Source of the DNA: Candidatus Sumerlaeia bacterium
GTDB taxonomy: Bacteria > Sumerlaeota > Sumerlaeia > SLMS01 > JANRJK01
Reading direction: 5' to 3'
DNA: 64,000 nucleotides
NCBI GenBank assembly: GCA_033764015.1
Contig: JANRJK010000005.1
Span: 1-64,000, forward strand
Below the pieces are notes generated by a model. That model saw nothing but the letters and a program-made list of their open reading frames with translations. It was not told where the DNA came from and did not search any database. The stretch's first letter is position 1; the number at the start of each line of letters is the position of its first letter. Positions 19,839 to 29,823 of the stretch are shown in pieces. The translations under genes and the position numbers were made by a program.

Positions 19839-21269
19839 TTACTTTGCTGCGAACTGCGAGAGGAGGACGCCGGCCGCGACCGCGGAACCGATCACGCCGG
19901 CGACGTTCGGACCCATTGCCTGCATGAGGAGGAAGTTCTGCGGATCCTCCTCCTGCGCGACGCGCTGCACCACGCGCGCCGACATCGGAACCGCGGAGAC
20001 CCCCGCCGCCCCGATCAGCGGATTGATCGGGTCCTTCGAGAACTTGTTCATCAGCTTTCCGAAGAGGACGCCGCCCGCGGTGGAAAGGCCGAATGCGAAG
20101 ACGCCGAGCACGAAGATGCCCAGCGTTTCCGGCGTGAGGAAGTTGCTCGCCTGGGTCTTTGCGCCGACGGAGACGCCTAGCAGGATGGTCACGATATCGA
20201 TGAAGGTCGTCTGCGCCGTACGGGACAGGCGTTCGGTCACGAGGCACTCCCGGAGCAGGTTGCCGAAGAACAGGAAACCGAGGAGTGGCAGCGCGCTGTT
20301 GGCGATGAAGGCCGTCAGCAGGAAGCCGAGCACCGGGAACAGGACCCGCAGCGTGCGCGACACATCCTTGGGCGGCTTCATCCGGATCAGCCTCTCCTCG
20401 CGCGTTGTGAGGAGGCGCATGATCGGCGGCTGGATCAACGGCACCATCGCCATGTAGCTGTACGCGGCGAGGGCGACAGCGCCCAAGAGATGCGGGGCGA
20501 GCTTGGTGCATGTGAAGATGGCGGTGGGACCATCGGCGCCGCCGATGATTCCGATCGAGGAAGCTTCCCGCATATCGAACCCGAGGAGTAGGGCGAGGCA
20601 GAGGGCGCCGAAGATGCCCAACTGCGCCGCGGCGCCCAGCAGAATCAGTCGAGGGCTCGCCAACAGCGGGCCGAAGTCCGTGAGGGCGCCTATCCCGAGG
20701 AAGATGAGGGGGGGGAAGACACCCCACTCGATCCCGCGGAAGATCATCCACATTACGCTCGCATTCCAGAGATTCTGCTGCTCGTGCGGAATGACGACCG
20801 GATACTTGTTTTCATCGTTTTCGAGGAGGATCAGCACGGCGCGGCCACCGCGGGGGTTCTCGTAGACCCCGGGCCCGCTGGTCGCCGCGTCGCCATGGTA
20901 GCCGAGGAATTGCTCGCGGTTCACCATGACCACCGTCCCCCGGCGCACCATGTCGCGGACTTCCGGGGTTGGATCGAGCTTCGTCCATGGCTCGGCCAAG
21001 CCAGTCGACAGCTGGACCGGCTCCTTGGCGTAGTAATCGAGCACGTGTTCCGGAGCCGGGCCGTCGTAAACGCTAAGGCTCACATCCTTGAAACTGTACG
21101 GGATGTTCCCCAGCAGAATTCCGAACCCGATCGGCACAAGCAGCAAGGGTTCGAAGCCCTTCTTGATCGCCAGCCAGATGAAAAGCATGCCGATACAAAG
21201 CATGATCATGCTGCCCCAAGTCGCCTGGCCGAACCCGGAACTGTTGAGGAACTGAAGGAGTGATTCCAT
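19839..21269 (-). CDS. mmdB: Na+-translocating decarboxylase beta subunit (MmdB/OadB family)
   Basis: FEPLLLVPIGFG, FPPLIFLGIGALTDFGPLL, GIIGGADGPTAIF, AAYSYMA, GVSAVPMSARV, AMGPNVAGVIGS. Confidence 0.93.
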   Translation of the reverse strand: MESLLQFLNSSGFGQATWGSMIMLCIGMLFIWLAIKKGFEPLLLVPIGFGILLGNIPYSFKDVSLSVYDGPAPEHVLDYYAKEPVQLSTGLAEPWTKLDPTPEVRDMVRRGTVVMVNREQFLGYHGDAATSGPGVYENPRGGRAVLILLENDENKYPVVIPHEQQNLWNASVMWMIFRGIEWGVFPPLIFLGIGALTDFGPLLASPRLILLGAAAQLGIFGALCLALLLGFDMREASSIGIIGGADGPTAIFTCTKLAPHLLGAVALAAYSYMAMVPLIQPPIMRLLTTREERLIRMKPPKDVSRTLRVLFPVLGFLLTAFIANSALPLLGFLFFGNLLRECLVTERLSRTAQTTFIDIVTILLGVSVGAKTQASNFLTPETLGIFVLGVFAFGLSTAGGVLFGKLMNKFSKDPINPLIGAAGVSAVPMSARVVQRVAQEEDPQNFLLMQAMGPNVAGVIGSAVAAGVLLSQFAAK

Positions 21270-21314
21270 CGCGTTTGCCGATCACATTCTTGCGGGCGCG
21301 CAGCCCGGAGTCGA

Positions 21315-21716
21315 TTACTGGTATTCGATCAGTGGTTGGCCGGACTGGACGCCGTCGCCCTCCTTCACGAAGACCGCCTTGATGACGCCGGCGTGCGGGG
21401 CGAAGATGGAAGTCTCCATCTTCATGGCTTCTAGGAGCATGATCTCGGTGCTTGGAGTCACGTTGTCCCCGGGCTTCACGCGGACGGCGCGGATCACACC
21501 GGCGAGCGGCGCTGGGAAGGTGTTGCCTCCGGCCGCGGCGGGGGCCGGAGCGGGGGCTGCGGCGGCAGGGGCGGAGGGAGCGGGTGCCGCTGACGGGCGC
21601 GGCGCGGCGGGCGCGGGAGCGGCATAGGCGGCCGGAGCGGCGTGGGCGCCCTCGTCGGAGAGAACCTCCACCTCGACCTCGAACGTCTTGTTGTCGACCG
21701 TGATGCGGAGCTTCAT
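21315..21716 (-). CDS. mmdC: biotin carboxyl carrier (gamma) subunit of methylmalonyl-CoA decarboxylase
   Basis: EAMKME biotinylation motif after an Ala/Pro linker. Confidence 0.9.
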   Translation of the reverse strand: MKLRITVDNKTFEVEVEVLSDEGAHAAPAAYAAPAPAAPRPSAAPAPSAPAAAAPAPAPAAAGGNTFPAPLAGVIRAVRVKPGDNVTPSTEIMLLEAMKMETSIFAPHAGVIKAVFVKEGDGVQSGQPLIEYQ

Positions 21717-22129
21717 CGGGGTTCCCTCTGCGGGCGGTGGGATGTGTGGATCGCGCGGCGACCCGAGTCTGACCAGGCGTGCGCTGTGGTCGGATTCACG
21801 TAGGTGACTTTGCGTAGGCGGATAGGCGCGCCGACCGCGGCGGTGGCGGCGGCGATGATGACGGCGATGAGTTCCGGCGACGGGCCATCGGCCTCCGCGG
21901 CCGCGGCGGGCGCGGCCGCGGCGGTCTCGGCCTTCTGGACGGCCGCCTTCGCGCCCTTCGCGACCGCATCCACCTTCTTCTCGATCCGGGTGAGGCGCCC
22001 GAGGATCTCGAGGCCGAACCAGATCAGCGAGAGCGCGGTGAAGACGATGCCCATTCCGAGGACGGTGAGCATGACGCCGTCCCAGACCGTGTTGCCGGGT
22101 GCCTGTGCGAGCAGTTTCAGGGGGTTCAT
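21713..22129 (-). CDS. mmdD: OadG/MmdD family delta subunit
   Basis: LGMGIVF TM, ELIAVIIAAA, W...GR motif; position between alpha and biotin subunits. Confidence 0.85.
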   Translation of the reverse strand: MNPLKLLAQAPGNTVWDGVMLTVLGMGIVFTALSLIWFGLEILGRLTRIEKKVDAVAKGAKAAVQKAETAAAAPAAAAEADGPSPELIAVIIAAATAAVGAPIRLRKVTYVNPTTAHAWSDSGRRAIHTSHRPQREPR

Positions 22130-22138
22130 CGAGTCGCC

Positions 22139-23713
22139 TTAGAGGGGGATCAGCCCGTGCTTCTTCTCGGGCCGGAGTTCGCGTTTCGTGCGCATCGCTT
22201 CGAGGGCCATGGCGAGGTAGCGCCGCGTCTCCGCGGGCTCGATGATATCGTCCACAAGGCGGCGGCTGGCGGCCATGTAGGGCGAGGAGAACGTGCGGCG
22301 GTACTCCTCGATCAACTCGTTGCGCTTCGCCTCCTTGTCCTCGGCCGCGTCGATCTCCTTCTTGAAGACGACGGCGACGGCGCCTTCCGCGCCCATCACG
22401 GCGACTTCCGCGCTGGGCCAGGCGGCCACGCGGTCGGCGCCGAGGTGCTTGGCCGACATGGCGACGTAGGCGCCGCCGTAGGCCTTGCGGAGGATCACGG
22501 CGATCTTCGGCACCGTCGCGGCGGAGTAGGCGAAGAGCACCTTCGCGCCGTGGCGGATGATGCCGCCGTACTCCTGCTTCGTCCCGGGCAGGAATCCCGG
22601 CACGTCCACCAGCGTCACCAGCGGCACGTTGAACGCGTTGCAGAAGCGGACGAAGCGGGCGATCTTGTCGGAGCTGTCGATATCGAGCACGCCCGCCAGC
22701 GCCATGGGCTGGTTCGCGACGAAGCCCACCGTGTGGCCCACGATGCGTCCGAAGCCGATCACGGCGTTCGGCGCGAAGGTCTCCATGACTTCGAGGAAGC
22801 TGCCCTCGTCCGCCAGGCGGGTGATGATGTCCTTCACGTTGTAGCCGCGCTTCGCCTCGTCCGGGATGATCGAGTTGAGCTTTTCGTCGTACTCGACCAT
22901 GCCGTCGTGCGGGAGCTGCGGGGGGTCTTCGTGGTTGTTCGACGGGAGGTAGGAGAGCAGTCGCTTGCAGATGTCGATCGCGTGCGTGTCGTCTTCGGCG
23001 ATGAAGTGGATGTTGCCGGCGGTCTTCATCTGGACCTCGGGTCCGCCGAGCGCCTCGGCGGTGACGTTCTCGCCGGTGACCTGCTTGATGACGGCGGGCC
23101 CGGTGATGAACATCTGGGCCTGCTTGGTCTGGATGATGAAGTCGGTGAGCGCGGGGCTGTAGGCGGCGCCACCGGCGCAGGGCCCGCAGATCAGCGAGAT
23201 CTGAGGCACGAGGCCCGAGAGCTCGACGTTCTTGTAGAAGATGCGGGCGTAGGCGGCGAGGGCGTCGATGCCCTCCTGGATGCGGGCGCCGCCGGAGTCG
23301 TTGACGAAGACGAACGGGGTGCCGGTCTTCTTGGAGAGGTCCATCATCTCGACGATCTTGTCGGCGTGGACCTCGCCGACGGCGCCGCCGACGACGGTGA
23401 AGTCCTGGCTGGCGAGGTGCACCTGGCGTCCGGCGACGGTGCCGCAGCCGGTGACGACGCCGTCGGCGGGGAGGTCCTTGCCGCCCAGCCCGAAATGCGT
23501 CGCGCGGTGCTGCGCGAAGAGGTACTGCTCCTGGAAGCTTCCCTCGTCGAGGAGCGCGGCCAGGCGGTCGCGGGCGGTGAGCTTGCCGCCTTGGCGCTGC
23601 TTCTCGAGGCGGTCCTTGCCGCCGCCGAGGATCGCCGCCTCGCGGCGCTTGCGGAGCTCCTCGATCTTCTCGCGGTTTGTCATCACGTGTGTCGGGGCGG
23701 GCTTGTCAGCCAT
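22139..23713 (-). CDS. mmdA: methylmalonyl-CoA decarboxylase alpha (carboxyltransferase) subunit
   Basis: GKLTARDR, DGVVTG, SGGARIQEG, GPCAGGAAYSPALTDF, DVPGFLPG, KKHGLIPL. Confidence 0.92.
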   Translation of the reverse strand: MADKPAPTHVMTNREKIEELRKRREAAILGGGKDRLEKQRQGGKLTARDRLAALLDEGSFQEQYLFAQHRATHFGLGGKDLPADGVVTGCGTVAGRQVHLASQDFTVVGGAVGEVHADKIVEMMDLSKKTGTPFVFVNDSGGARIQEGIDALAAYARIFYKNVELSGLVPQISLICGPCAGGAAYSPALTDFIIQTKQAQMFITGPAVIKQVTGENVTAEALGGPEVQMKTAGNIHFIAEDDTHAIDICKRLLSYLPSNNHEDPPQLPHDGMVEYDEKLNSIIPDEAKRGYNVKDIITRLADEGSFLEVMETFAPNAVIGFGRIVGHTVGFVANQPMALAGVLDIDSSDKIARFVRFCNAFNVPLVTLVDVPGFLPGTKQEYGGIIRHGAKVLFAYSAATVPKIAVILRKAYGGAYVAMSAKHLGADRVAAWPSAEVAVMGAEGAVAVVFKKEIDAAEDKEAKRNELIEEYRRTFSSPYMAASRRLVDDIIEPAETRRYLAMALEAMRTKRELRPEKKHGLIPL

Positions 23714-23760
23714 GGGTGTCCACTTGGTCCTCTCGGGGTTCTGGTTGGGCGGGGGGCCGC

Positions 23761-24171
23761 TCAGTGCATGGGCTCGCAAAGTTCCGTCAACACGCCGCAG
23801 GAGCTCTTCGGGTGCAGGAAGGCGATGCGGGTGTGGTGGGCGCCGTCGCGGGGCGCCTCGTCGATCAGGCGGACGCCGCCCGCCTTCAGCTCCGCGAGGC
23901 GCGCCGGGAGGTCGTCCACGGTGTAGGCGACGTGGTGCAGCCCCTCGCCGCGCTTCTCGATGAAGGCGGCGACGGTGCTTTCGGGCTCCGTCGGCTCGAG
24001 CAGCTCGAGGCGGACGTCGCCCACGCGGAAGAAGCCGACCTTCACCTTCTGATCCGCGACGGTCTCCTCGCCTTCGAAGATGGCGCCCAGCTGGCCTTCG
24101 TAGAAGGGCCGCTGGTCGGCGATCGACTTCACGGCGATGCCGATGTGGTTGATGGCCTTCACTGCTTTCAT
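23761..24171 (-). CDS. mce: methylmalonyl-CoA epimerase
   Basis: INHIGIAV, ELLEP, GEGLHHVAY, FLHPKS..GVLTELCE. Confidence 0.95.
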   Translation of the reverse strand: MKAVKAINHIGIAVKSIADQRPFYEGQLGAIFEGEETVADQKVKVGFFRVGDVRLELLEPTEPESTVAAFIEKRGEGLHHVAYTVDDLPARLAELKAGGVRLIDEAPRDGAHHTRIAFLHPKSSCGVLTELCEPMH

Positions 24172-25301
24172 GGTGACTCCGGTTCTCCGTGGGATGGTGC
24201 CGCGCCGCCTTCCCGGGGCGCGGGATAAACGAGCGACAACAACTCTTCCGCCGCGGCGAGGGGCGAGGCGGCGCCGGCGCGGACTCGGGCGGAGAGCGCG
24301 TCGAAGCGCTCGGCCCTCGCGGCGTCGGCGCGGAATCGCGCCGCCAGCTCGTGCTCGAACGCCTGCCGCATCCAGAGGGCGGCCTGCTCCGCGCGGCGCG
24401 GGGCGAGCTGGTGCGTGTCGAGCAGGTGGCGCTGGCGCTCCTCGACCATGCGCCACACCTCGTCGAGGCCCGCGCCGGTGGCGGCGGAGCACGTGGCGGC
24501 GCGCGGACGCCAGCCGTCCGCCGGCGGGCGCATCAGGCGGAGCGCGCCCTCGACCTGCGCGCGGGCCACCTTCGCCGCCTCCAGGATCGGGCCGTCCGCC
24601 TTGTTCACGACGATGCCGTGGGCGACCTCCATGATGCCGCGCTTCATGCCCTGCAACTCGTCGCCGGCGCCAGGCATCGTCAGGAGGAGGAAGAAGTCCA
24701 CCATCGAGGAGACGAGCGTCTCCGACTGGCCGACGCCGACGGTCTCGACGATGACGACGTCGTAGCCCGCCGCCTCGAGGACGAGGATGGATTCGCGCGT
24801 GCCGCGGGCGACGCCGCCGAGCCAGCCGCCGGAGGGCGCCGGCCGCACCATCGCCGCGGGCGACATGGAGAGCCGCTCCATGCGCGTCTTGTCGCCGAGG
24901 ATGCTGCCGCCCGTGGCGTCGCTGGAGGGATCGACCGCGACCACCGCGACGCGGCGTCCGGCCTCGACGAGCATCATACCGACGGCCTCGATGAATGTGC
25001 TCTTGCCGACGCCGGGCGTGCCGGTGACGCCGACGCGGAGCGAGGCGCCGGTGCGCGGCATGAGGGCGTCGAGCACCTCGCCCGCCTGGCGGCGGTGCGC
25101 GGGGCTGGCGCTCTCCATCAGCGTGAGCGTCCTGCCCAGGACCCCCCGGTCGCAGGCCAGCACACCATTGACATAGTCAACGGTTTCCAGCCGCGGGCGG
25201 CGCTTGACGGCGATCCTGCGCTCCGACGGCTCCGCGCCGGGGAGGACGCGGAGCGCGGAGCCGGGCACGCCGCCGGGGGGCGTCTCGGGCGCGGAGCGCA
25301 C
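24168..25301 (-). CDS. meaB: methylmalonyl-CoA mutase-associated GTPase MeaB
   Basis: GTPGVGKST, VDPSS, GGSILGDKTRM, ETVGVGQSE, GDELQGMKRG, NKAD. Confidence 0.95.
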   Translation of the reverse strand: MRSAPETPPGGVPGSALRVLPGAEPSERRIAVKRRPRLETVDYVNGVLACDRGVLGRTLTLMESASPAHRRQAGEVLDALMPRTGASLRVGVTGTPGVGKSTFIEAVGMMLVEAGRRVAVVAVDPSSDATGGSILGDKTRMERLSMSPAAMVRPAPSGGWLGGVARGTRESILVLEAAGYDVVIVETVGVGQSETLVSSMVDFFLLLTMPGAGDELQGMKRGIMEVAHGIVVNKADGPILEAAKVARAQVEGALRLMRPPADGWRPRAATCSAATGAGLDEVWRMVEERQRHLLDTHQLAPRRAEQAALWMRQAFEHELAARFRADAARAERFDALSARVRAGAASPLAAAEELLSLVYPAPREGGAAPSHGEPESP

Positions 25302-27476
25302 TTAGGCGGTCTCGCCGATCTGCTCGAAGAGGAGCTTCAGGATCTTCTTCGCCGCTTCGGGGATGATGGTGCCGGGGCCGAAGACCGCCGCGCAGCCGTT
25401 GTCGAAGAGGAAGTCGAAGTCCTGCGCCGGGATCACGCCGCCGCAGACCACGAGGATGTCGTCGCGGCCCATCTCCGCCAGCTTCCCGACCAGCTCCGGC
25501 ACGAGCGTCTTGTGCCCGGCCGCGAGCGAGGAGACGCCGACCACATGGACGTCGTTCTCGATGGCCTGGCGGGCCACCTCCTCGGGGGTCTGGAAGAGCG
25601 GGCCGATATCCACGTCGAAGCCCATGTCGGCGAACGCGGTGGCGATCACCTTGGCGCCGCGGTCGTGGCCGTCCTGGCCCAGCTTGGCGACTAGGAGCCG
25701 CGGGCGCCGGCCCTCGACCTCCATGAAGCGCTTCGTGAGGGCGATGCTGTCGTCCAGTGATTCCATGGCGCCCGCCTCCGCGCGGTACACGCCGCTGATC
25801 TTGTGGATCTGGGGCTGGTAGCGCCCGAAGACCTTCTCCATGGCGTCGGAGATCTCGCCGACGGTGGCGCGGCGGCGCACCGCCTCGACGGCCGCGTCGA
25901 GCAGGTTGCCGTCGCCGGTCTCCGCGATGCGGGTGATCGCGGCGAGCGCCTCCGCCACGGCGGCCGAGTCGCGGCCCGCGCGGAGCTGCTCGAGCCGCTT
26001 GATCTGCGAGTCGCGCACCGCGGAGTTGTCGATATCGAGCGTCTCGAGCGGATCCTCCTTCGCGAGGCGGTACTTGTTCACGCCCACGATGGTGTCGCGG
26101 CCCGAGTCGATGCGGGCCTGCTTGCGGGCCGCCGCCTCCTCGATGCGCATCTTCGGGATGCCGGTGTTGATGGCCTTGGCCATGCCGCCCAGCTCCTCGA
26201 CCTCGTCCATGAGCGCGGATGCGCGCTTGAGCAGCTCCCCGGTGAGCGCCTCGATGTAGTAGGCGCCGCCCCAGGGATCGACCACCTTGCAGATGTTGGT
26301 TTCTTCCTGGAGGATGAGCTGCGTGTTGCGCGCGATGCGCGCGGAGAAGTCCGTCGGCAGCGCGATCGCCTCGTCGAGCGAGTTGGTGTGGAGCGATTGC
26401 GTGTGGCCAAGCGCGGCGGCGAGCGCTTCGAGCGCCGTGCGCGTGATGTTGTTGAAGGGGTCCTGCGCGGTGAGCGACCAGCCGCTGGTCTGGCTGTGCG
26501 TGCGGAGCGCCATGGACTTGGCGTTCTTGGCGCCGGACTTCTTCACGTGCTTGGCCCAGAGCACGCGCGCCGCGCGCATCTTCGCCACCTCCATGAAGTA
26601 GTTCATGCCGATGGCCCAGAAGAACGAGAAGCGCGGCGCGAAGTCGTCGACCGGAAGCCCGGCGCGCTCGCCGGCGCGGATGTACTCGAGGCCGTCCGCC
26701 AGCGTGTACGCCACCTCGAGGTCCGCCGTCGCGCCCGCCTCCTGCATGTGGTAGCCGGAGATCGAGATCGAGTTGAACTTCGGCATGTGCTTCGTCGTGT
26801 AGGCGAAGATGTCCGAGATGATCCGCATGGAGGGTTCCGGCGGATAGATGTACGTGTTGCGGACCATGAACTCCTTGAGGATGTCGTTCTGGATCGTGCC
26901 GGAGAGGAGTTCGCGCGGGACGCCCTGCTCCTCGGCGGCGACGATGTAGAGCGCCATGATGGGGATCACGGCGCCGTTCATGGTCATCGAGACGGAGATC
27001 TTATCGAGCGGGATCGCATCGAAGAGGATCTTCATGTCGAGGATCGAATCGATGGCGACGCCCGCCTTGCCGACGTCGCCGCGCACGCGCGGGTGGTCGC
27101 TGTCGTAGCCGCGGTGCGTCGCGAGGTCGAAGGCGATGGAAAGGCCCTTCTGCCCCGCGGCGAGGTTGCGCTTGTAGAAGGCGTTGGACTCCTCGGCGGT
27201 CGAGAAGCCGGCGTACTGCCGCACCGTCCAGGGGCGCAGAGAATACATGGTGGCGTAGGGGCCGCGCAGGAAGGGGGGGATGCCCGCGGAGTAGCCCGTG
27301 TGCTCGAGGCCCTGCAGGTCCGCCTCCGTGTACAGGGGCTTCACGGTGATGTGCTCCGGCGTCTCCCATTCGCGGTAGGCGGCGGTGGTGCGGCGCTCCC
27401 ATTGCTGGAGCGTGGGCTTTTCGAACTCGTCGAAGCCGTACGGGATCTTGGTGAAGTCGGGCATCGTCGTGGGCAT
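25302..27476 (-). CDS. scpA: methylmalonyl-CoA mutase, catalytic B12-binding subunit
   Basis: [45 protein letters not shown] (DxHxxG); start among ATGs at 27485/27476/27464. Confidence 0.96.
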   Translation of the reverse strand: MPTTMPDFTKIPYGFDEFEKPTLQQWERRTTAAYREWETPEHITVKPLYTEADLQGLEHTGYSAGIPPFLRGPYATMYSLRPWTVRQYAGFSTAEESNAFYKRNLAAGQKGLSIAFDLATHRGYDSDHPRVRGDVGKAGVAIDSILDMKILFDAIPLDKISVSMTMNGAVIPIMALYIVAAEEQGVPRELLSGTIQNDILKEFMVRNTYIYPPEPSMRIISDIFAYTTKHMPKFNSISISGYHMQEAGATADLEVAYTLADGLEYIRAGERAGLPVDDFAPRFSFFWAIGMNYFMEVAKMRAARVLWAKHVKKSGAKNAKSMALRTHSQTSGWSLTAQDPFNNITRTALEALAAALGHTQSLHTNSLDEAIALPTDFSARIARNTQLILQEETNICKVVDPWGGAYYIEALTGELLKRASALMDEVEELGGMAKAINTGIPKMRIEEAAARKQARIDSGRDTIVGVNKYRLAKEDPLETLDIDNSAVRDSQIKRLEQLRAGRDSAAVAEALAAITRIAETGDGNLLDAAVEAVRRRATVGEISDAMEKVFGRYQPQIHKISGVYRAEAGAMESLDDSIALTKRFMEVEGRRPRLLVAKLGQDGHDRGAKVIATAFADMGFDVDIGPLFQTPEEVARQAIENDVHVVGVSSLAAGHKTLVPELVGKLAEMGRDDILVVCGGVIPAQDFDFLFDNGCAAVFGPGTIIPEAAKKILKLLFEQIGETA

Positions 27477-27511
27477 CTCTGGCATCCGTCGGGAGGGGTT
27501 GGCGTTGCGTG

Positions 27512-29725
27512 TCAGGCGTCGATGCCGGCGGCGCGGAGGAAGCGCTCCAGCGTTTCCACCACGTCGGAGCGGACGTGGAGGAAATCGTCCACGCCGGCTT
27601 CGCGGAGCGCGGTGACCGCGTCGTCCGGGTAGCCGGCCACGACCACGTAGGCGCCCTTCGCGGCGGCCTTCAGCGCGGGGCAGAACGCCTTGGCGAAGTC
27701 GAGGTAGGCGGGGTCCTCGCTGCAGAGGACGAAGACCTTGGCGCCGTCCGCGGCGCAGGCGGCGGCGGCTTCCGCGGGGTCCTTGAAGGCGGGCGGCTCG
27801 ACCGGGAGGAGGCCTCCGGCGGTGACGAATCCCTGGGCGAAGCCGACGCGGGCGCGGCGCATGGCGGCGGCGCCGAAGGGCACGAGGAACGCGCGCGGCG
27901 GCGCGCCCCCGTTGGCCGCGCGCCACTTGTCGACCGCTTCGCGGAGCTTCTCGTACTCGTAGGCGAGGCGCTGCGGACGGATGGCGTCCGCGTAGACGAT
28001 GGCGCCTTCGGCCCCGGCCGCGAGAGCGGCGAGGATCTCGCCGATCGTGGCGCCGGCTCCGGCGGCGGCGACCGCCGCTTCGAGCGTGTTGACCGAAGGC
28101 GTGTGCGCGGCGGTGGTCAGCGTGCCGAGGAGCTCGCGGACGCGGCTGTTGTGGCGGACCGCCTTCAGGCGCGCGAGGCGGCGGCGGCGCTCCGCGAGGA
28201 ACTCCTCCCGCGGCACGCGGCGGCTGGGGTGCGGAGTCTCCGAGGGGTTCGCGTAGTTGTTCACGCCGACCACGCTGAGGCGGCGCTGGCGCGCGAGCGC
28301 GCGCCGCTTGCCGGCGGATTCGCTGAGCGACTTCTGGATCGAGCCCGCCTTGACCGAGGCGAGCATTCCGCCCGCCGCTTCGATCGCCTGGAACTCCGCC
28401 CACGCGGCCCGCGCGAGCTGGTCCGTCAGCGACTCGAGGTAGTGGCTTCCCGCGGCGGCGTCGCAGACCTTCGTCAGGTAGCCCTCCTCCATCAGGATGA
28501 GCTGCTGGTTGCGCGCGAGGCGCATCGAGAAGTCGTCCGGGCGGCCGATGTTCTCGTCGAAGGGCGCGACGTAGAGCGAGTCGCAGCCGCCCACCACCGC
28601 GGCGAAGGCCTCGACCGTCGAGCGGATCAGGTTGTTGTACGGATCGTACGCGGACTTGGTGATGGTGCTGGTGCGGGCGTGGAGGAACATTTTCATCGAG
28701 TCGTCCATCTTCGCGCCGAACGCCTTGACGATCTTGGCCCAGAGCATCCGGGCGGCGCGGAGCTTCGCGACTTCCATGAACAGGTTCGACGAGACCGAGA
28801 AGCTGAAGATCATCGAGAGGCCGGCGGTGTCGGGCGTGACGCCCCGCGCCACGAGCGCGCGGAGGTACTCGGCGCCGGTGGCCAGCGTCATCCCCAGCTC
28901 CTGCGTCGCCGTCGCGCCGGCGTTGTGCACCGGGTGGCTGTTCACCATGATCGGACGGATCCCCGGGCTGCGGCTGGCGCAGTAGGCCACCATGTCGGCC
29001 ATTTCGCGGAAGAGCAGTTCGAAGGGCGCGCGGCTGTGGCCGTTCTTCAGCAGGTCGCGGACCGGGTCGCACTCGACGGAGCCGACGAGGGCGTTCTTCG
29101 GGATGCCGCGCTCTTCGGCGAGCGCGAGCAGCATCGCGAGGACCGGCAGCGCCGAGGTCCCGGTGCGGATCGTGACGGGATAGCGTTCGAGGTCGAGGTC
29201 GGCGAGGGCGATGCGGAGGCCGTTGATCGAGCTGACGGTGCAGCCGCCGCGGCCGGCGAAGTCGCGGGCCTCGGGCTGGTCGCCGTCGAAGCCTTGGCGG
29301 GCGGCGTTGTCGAGGCGGAAGGCGATCGCCTTCTCGCCGCGGGCGAGGCCGTCGCGGATCGCGCCGTTGACGTCCTCCGGCGCGGGCAGCACGCAGTCCT
29401 GGCGGATCTGCCAAGAGGGGGCGACGCCGCTGAGGGGCCAGTTGCCGCGGACAAAGGGGGCGAATCCGGGGAGGCTGCCCTTGTGGGGCGCGTCACCGCT
29501 GTTGGAGGCATCGTAAAGAGGCTGGACCGTCAGGCCCTCGAGCGTCTTCCAGAGGAGCTTCTTGTCGAAGGGTTCGCCCTTCAAGTCCTTCTCCGCCAAC
29601 ACTTTCCAGTCGTCCCAGGAAGGGATCGGGAAGTCTTCGGCGAGGTGGAGTGAGGGGGCCGTATCGGGGCCTTCCTCGCGCCATGTGTCGGCGGTGGAGG
29701 GGGCGAAGTCTTGCTTGGAGGCCAT
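27512..29725 (-). CDS. mutA: methylmalonyl-CoA mutase small (non-catalytic) subunit
   Basis: [38 protein letters not shown]12-domain-like C-terminus lacking DxHxxG. Confidence 0.9.
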   Translation of the reverse strand: MASKQDFAPSTADTWREEGPDTAPSLHLAEDFPIPSWDDWKVLAEKDLKGEPFDKKLLWKTLEGLTVQPLYDASNSGDAPHKGSLPGFAPFVRGNWPLSGVAPSWQIRQDCVLPAPEDVNGAIRDGLARGEKAIAFRLDNAARQGFDGDQPEARDFAGRGGCTVSSINGLRIALADLDLERYPVTIRTGTSALPVLAMLLALAEERGIPKNALVGSVECDPVRDLLKNGHSRAPFELLFREMADMVAYCASRSPGIRPIMVNSHPVHNAGATATQELGMTLATGAEYLRALVARGVTPDTAGLSMIFSFSVSSNLFMEVAKLRAARMLWAKIVKAFGAKMDDSMKMFLHARTSTITKSAYDPYNNLIRSTVEAFAAVVGGCDSLYVAPFDENIGRPDDFSMRLARNQQLILMEEGYLTKVCDAAAGSHYLESLTDQLARAAWAEFQAIEAAGGMLASVKAGSIQKSLSESAGKRRALARQRRLSVVGVNNYANPSETPHPSRRVPREEFLAERRRRLARLKAVRHNSRVRELLGTLTTAAHTPSVNTLEAAVAAAGAGATIGEILAALAAGAEGAIVYADAIRPQRLAYEYEKLREAVDKWRAANGGAPPRAFLVPFGAAAMRRARVGFAQGFVTAGGLLPVEPPAFKDPAEAAAACAADGAKVFVLCSEDPAYLDFAKAFCPALKAAAKGAYVVVAGYPDDAVTALREAGVDDFLHVRSDVVETLERFLRAAGIDA

Positions 29726-29729
29726 GGGA

Positions 29730-29789
29730 GCTTGATCCGTCGCGTTCGGGTGACAATAGGGAGATTCATTGTCCCCGATTGGGTCAAGC
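29730..29789 (-). promoter_or_regulatory. long imperfect inverted repeat immediately upstream of the mut/mmd operon
   Basis: gcttgatcc(29730-38)/gggtcaagc(29781-89) and tcggg-t-gacaat(29746-57)/attgtccccga(29768-78); TTGACC on the minus strand in the outer arm. Confidence 0.5.
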
Positions 29790-29823
29790 GCAAATCGACA
29801 TGGCTAAGCTCAATTGGCACATA

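Noticed and set aside
25302..29414. 1370-aa ORF suggesting a giant fused mutase
   Set aside because: The N-terminal half is an off-frame read of mutA; the real scpA starts near 27476
29726..29823. Cobalamin riboswitch upstream of the B12-dependent mutase operon
   Set aside because: The intergenic gap is under 100 nt and shows no recognisable B12-box
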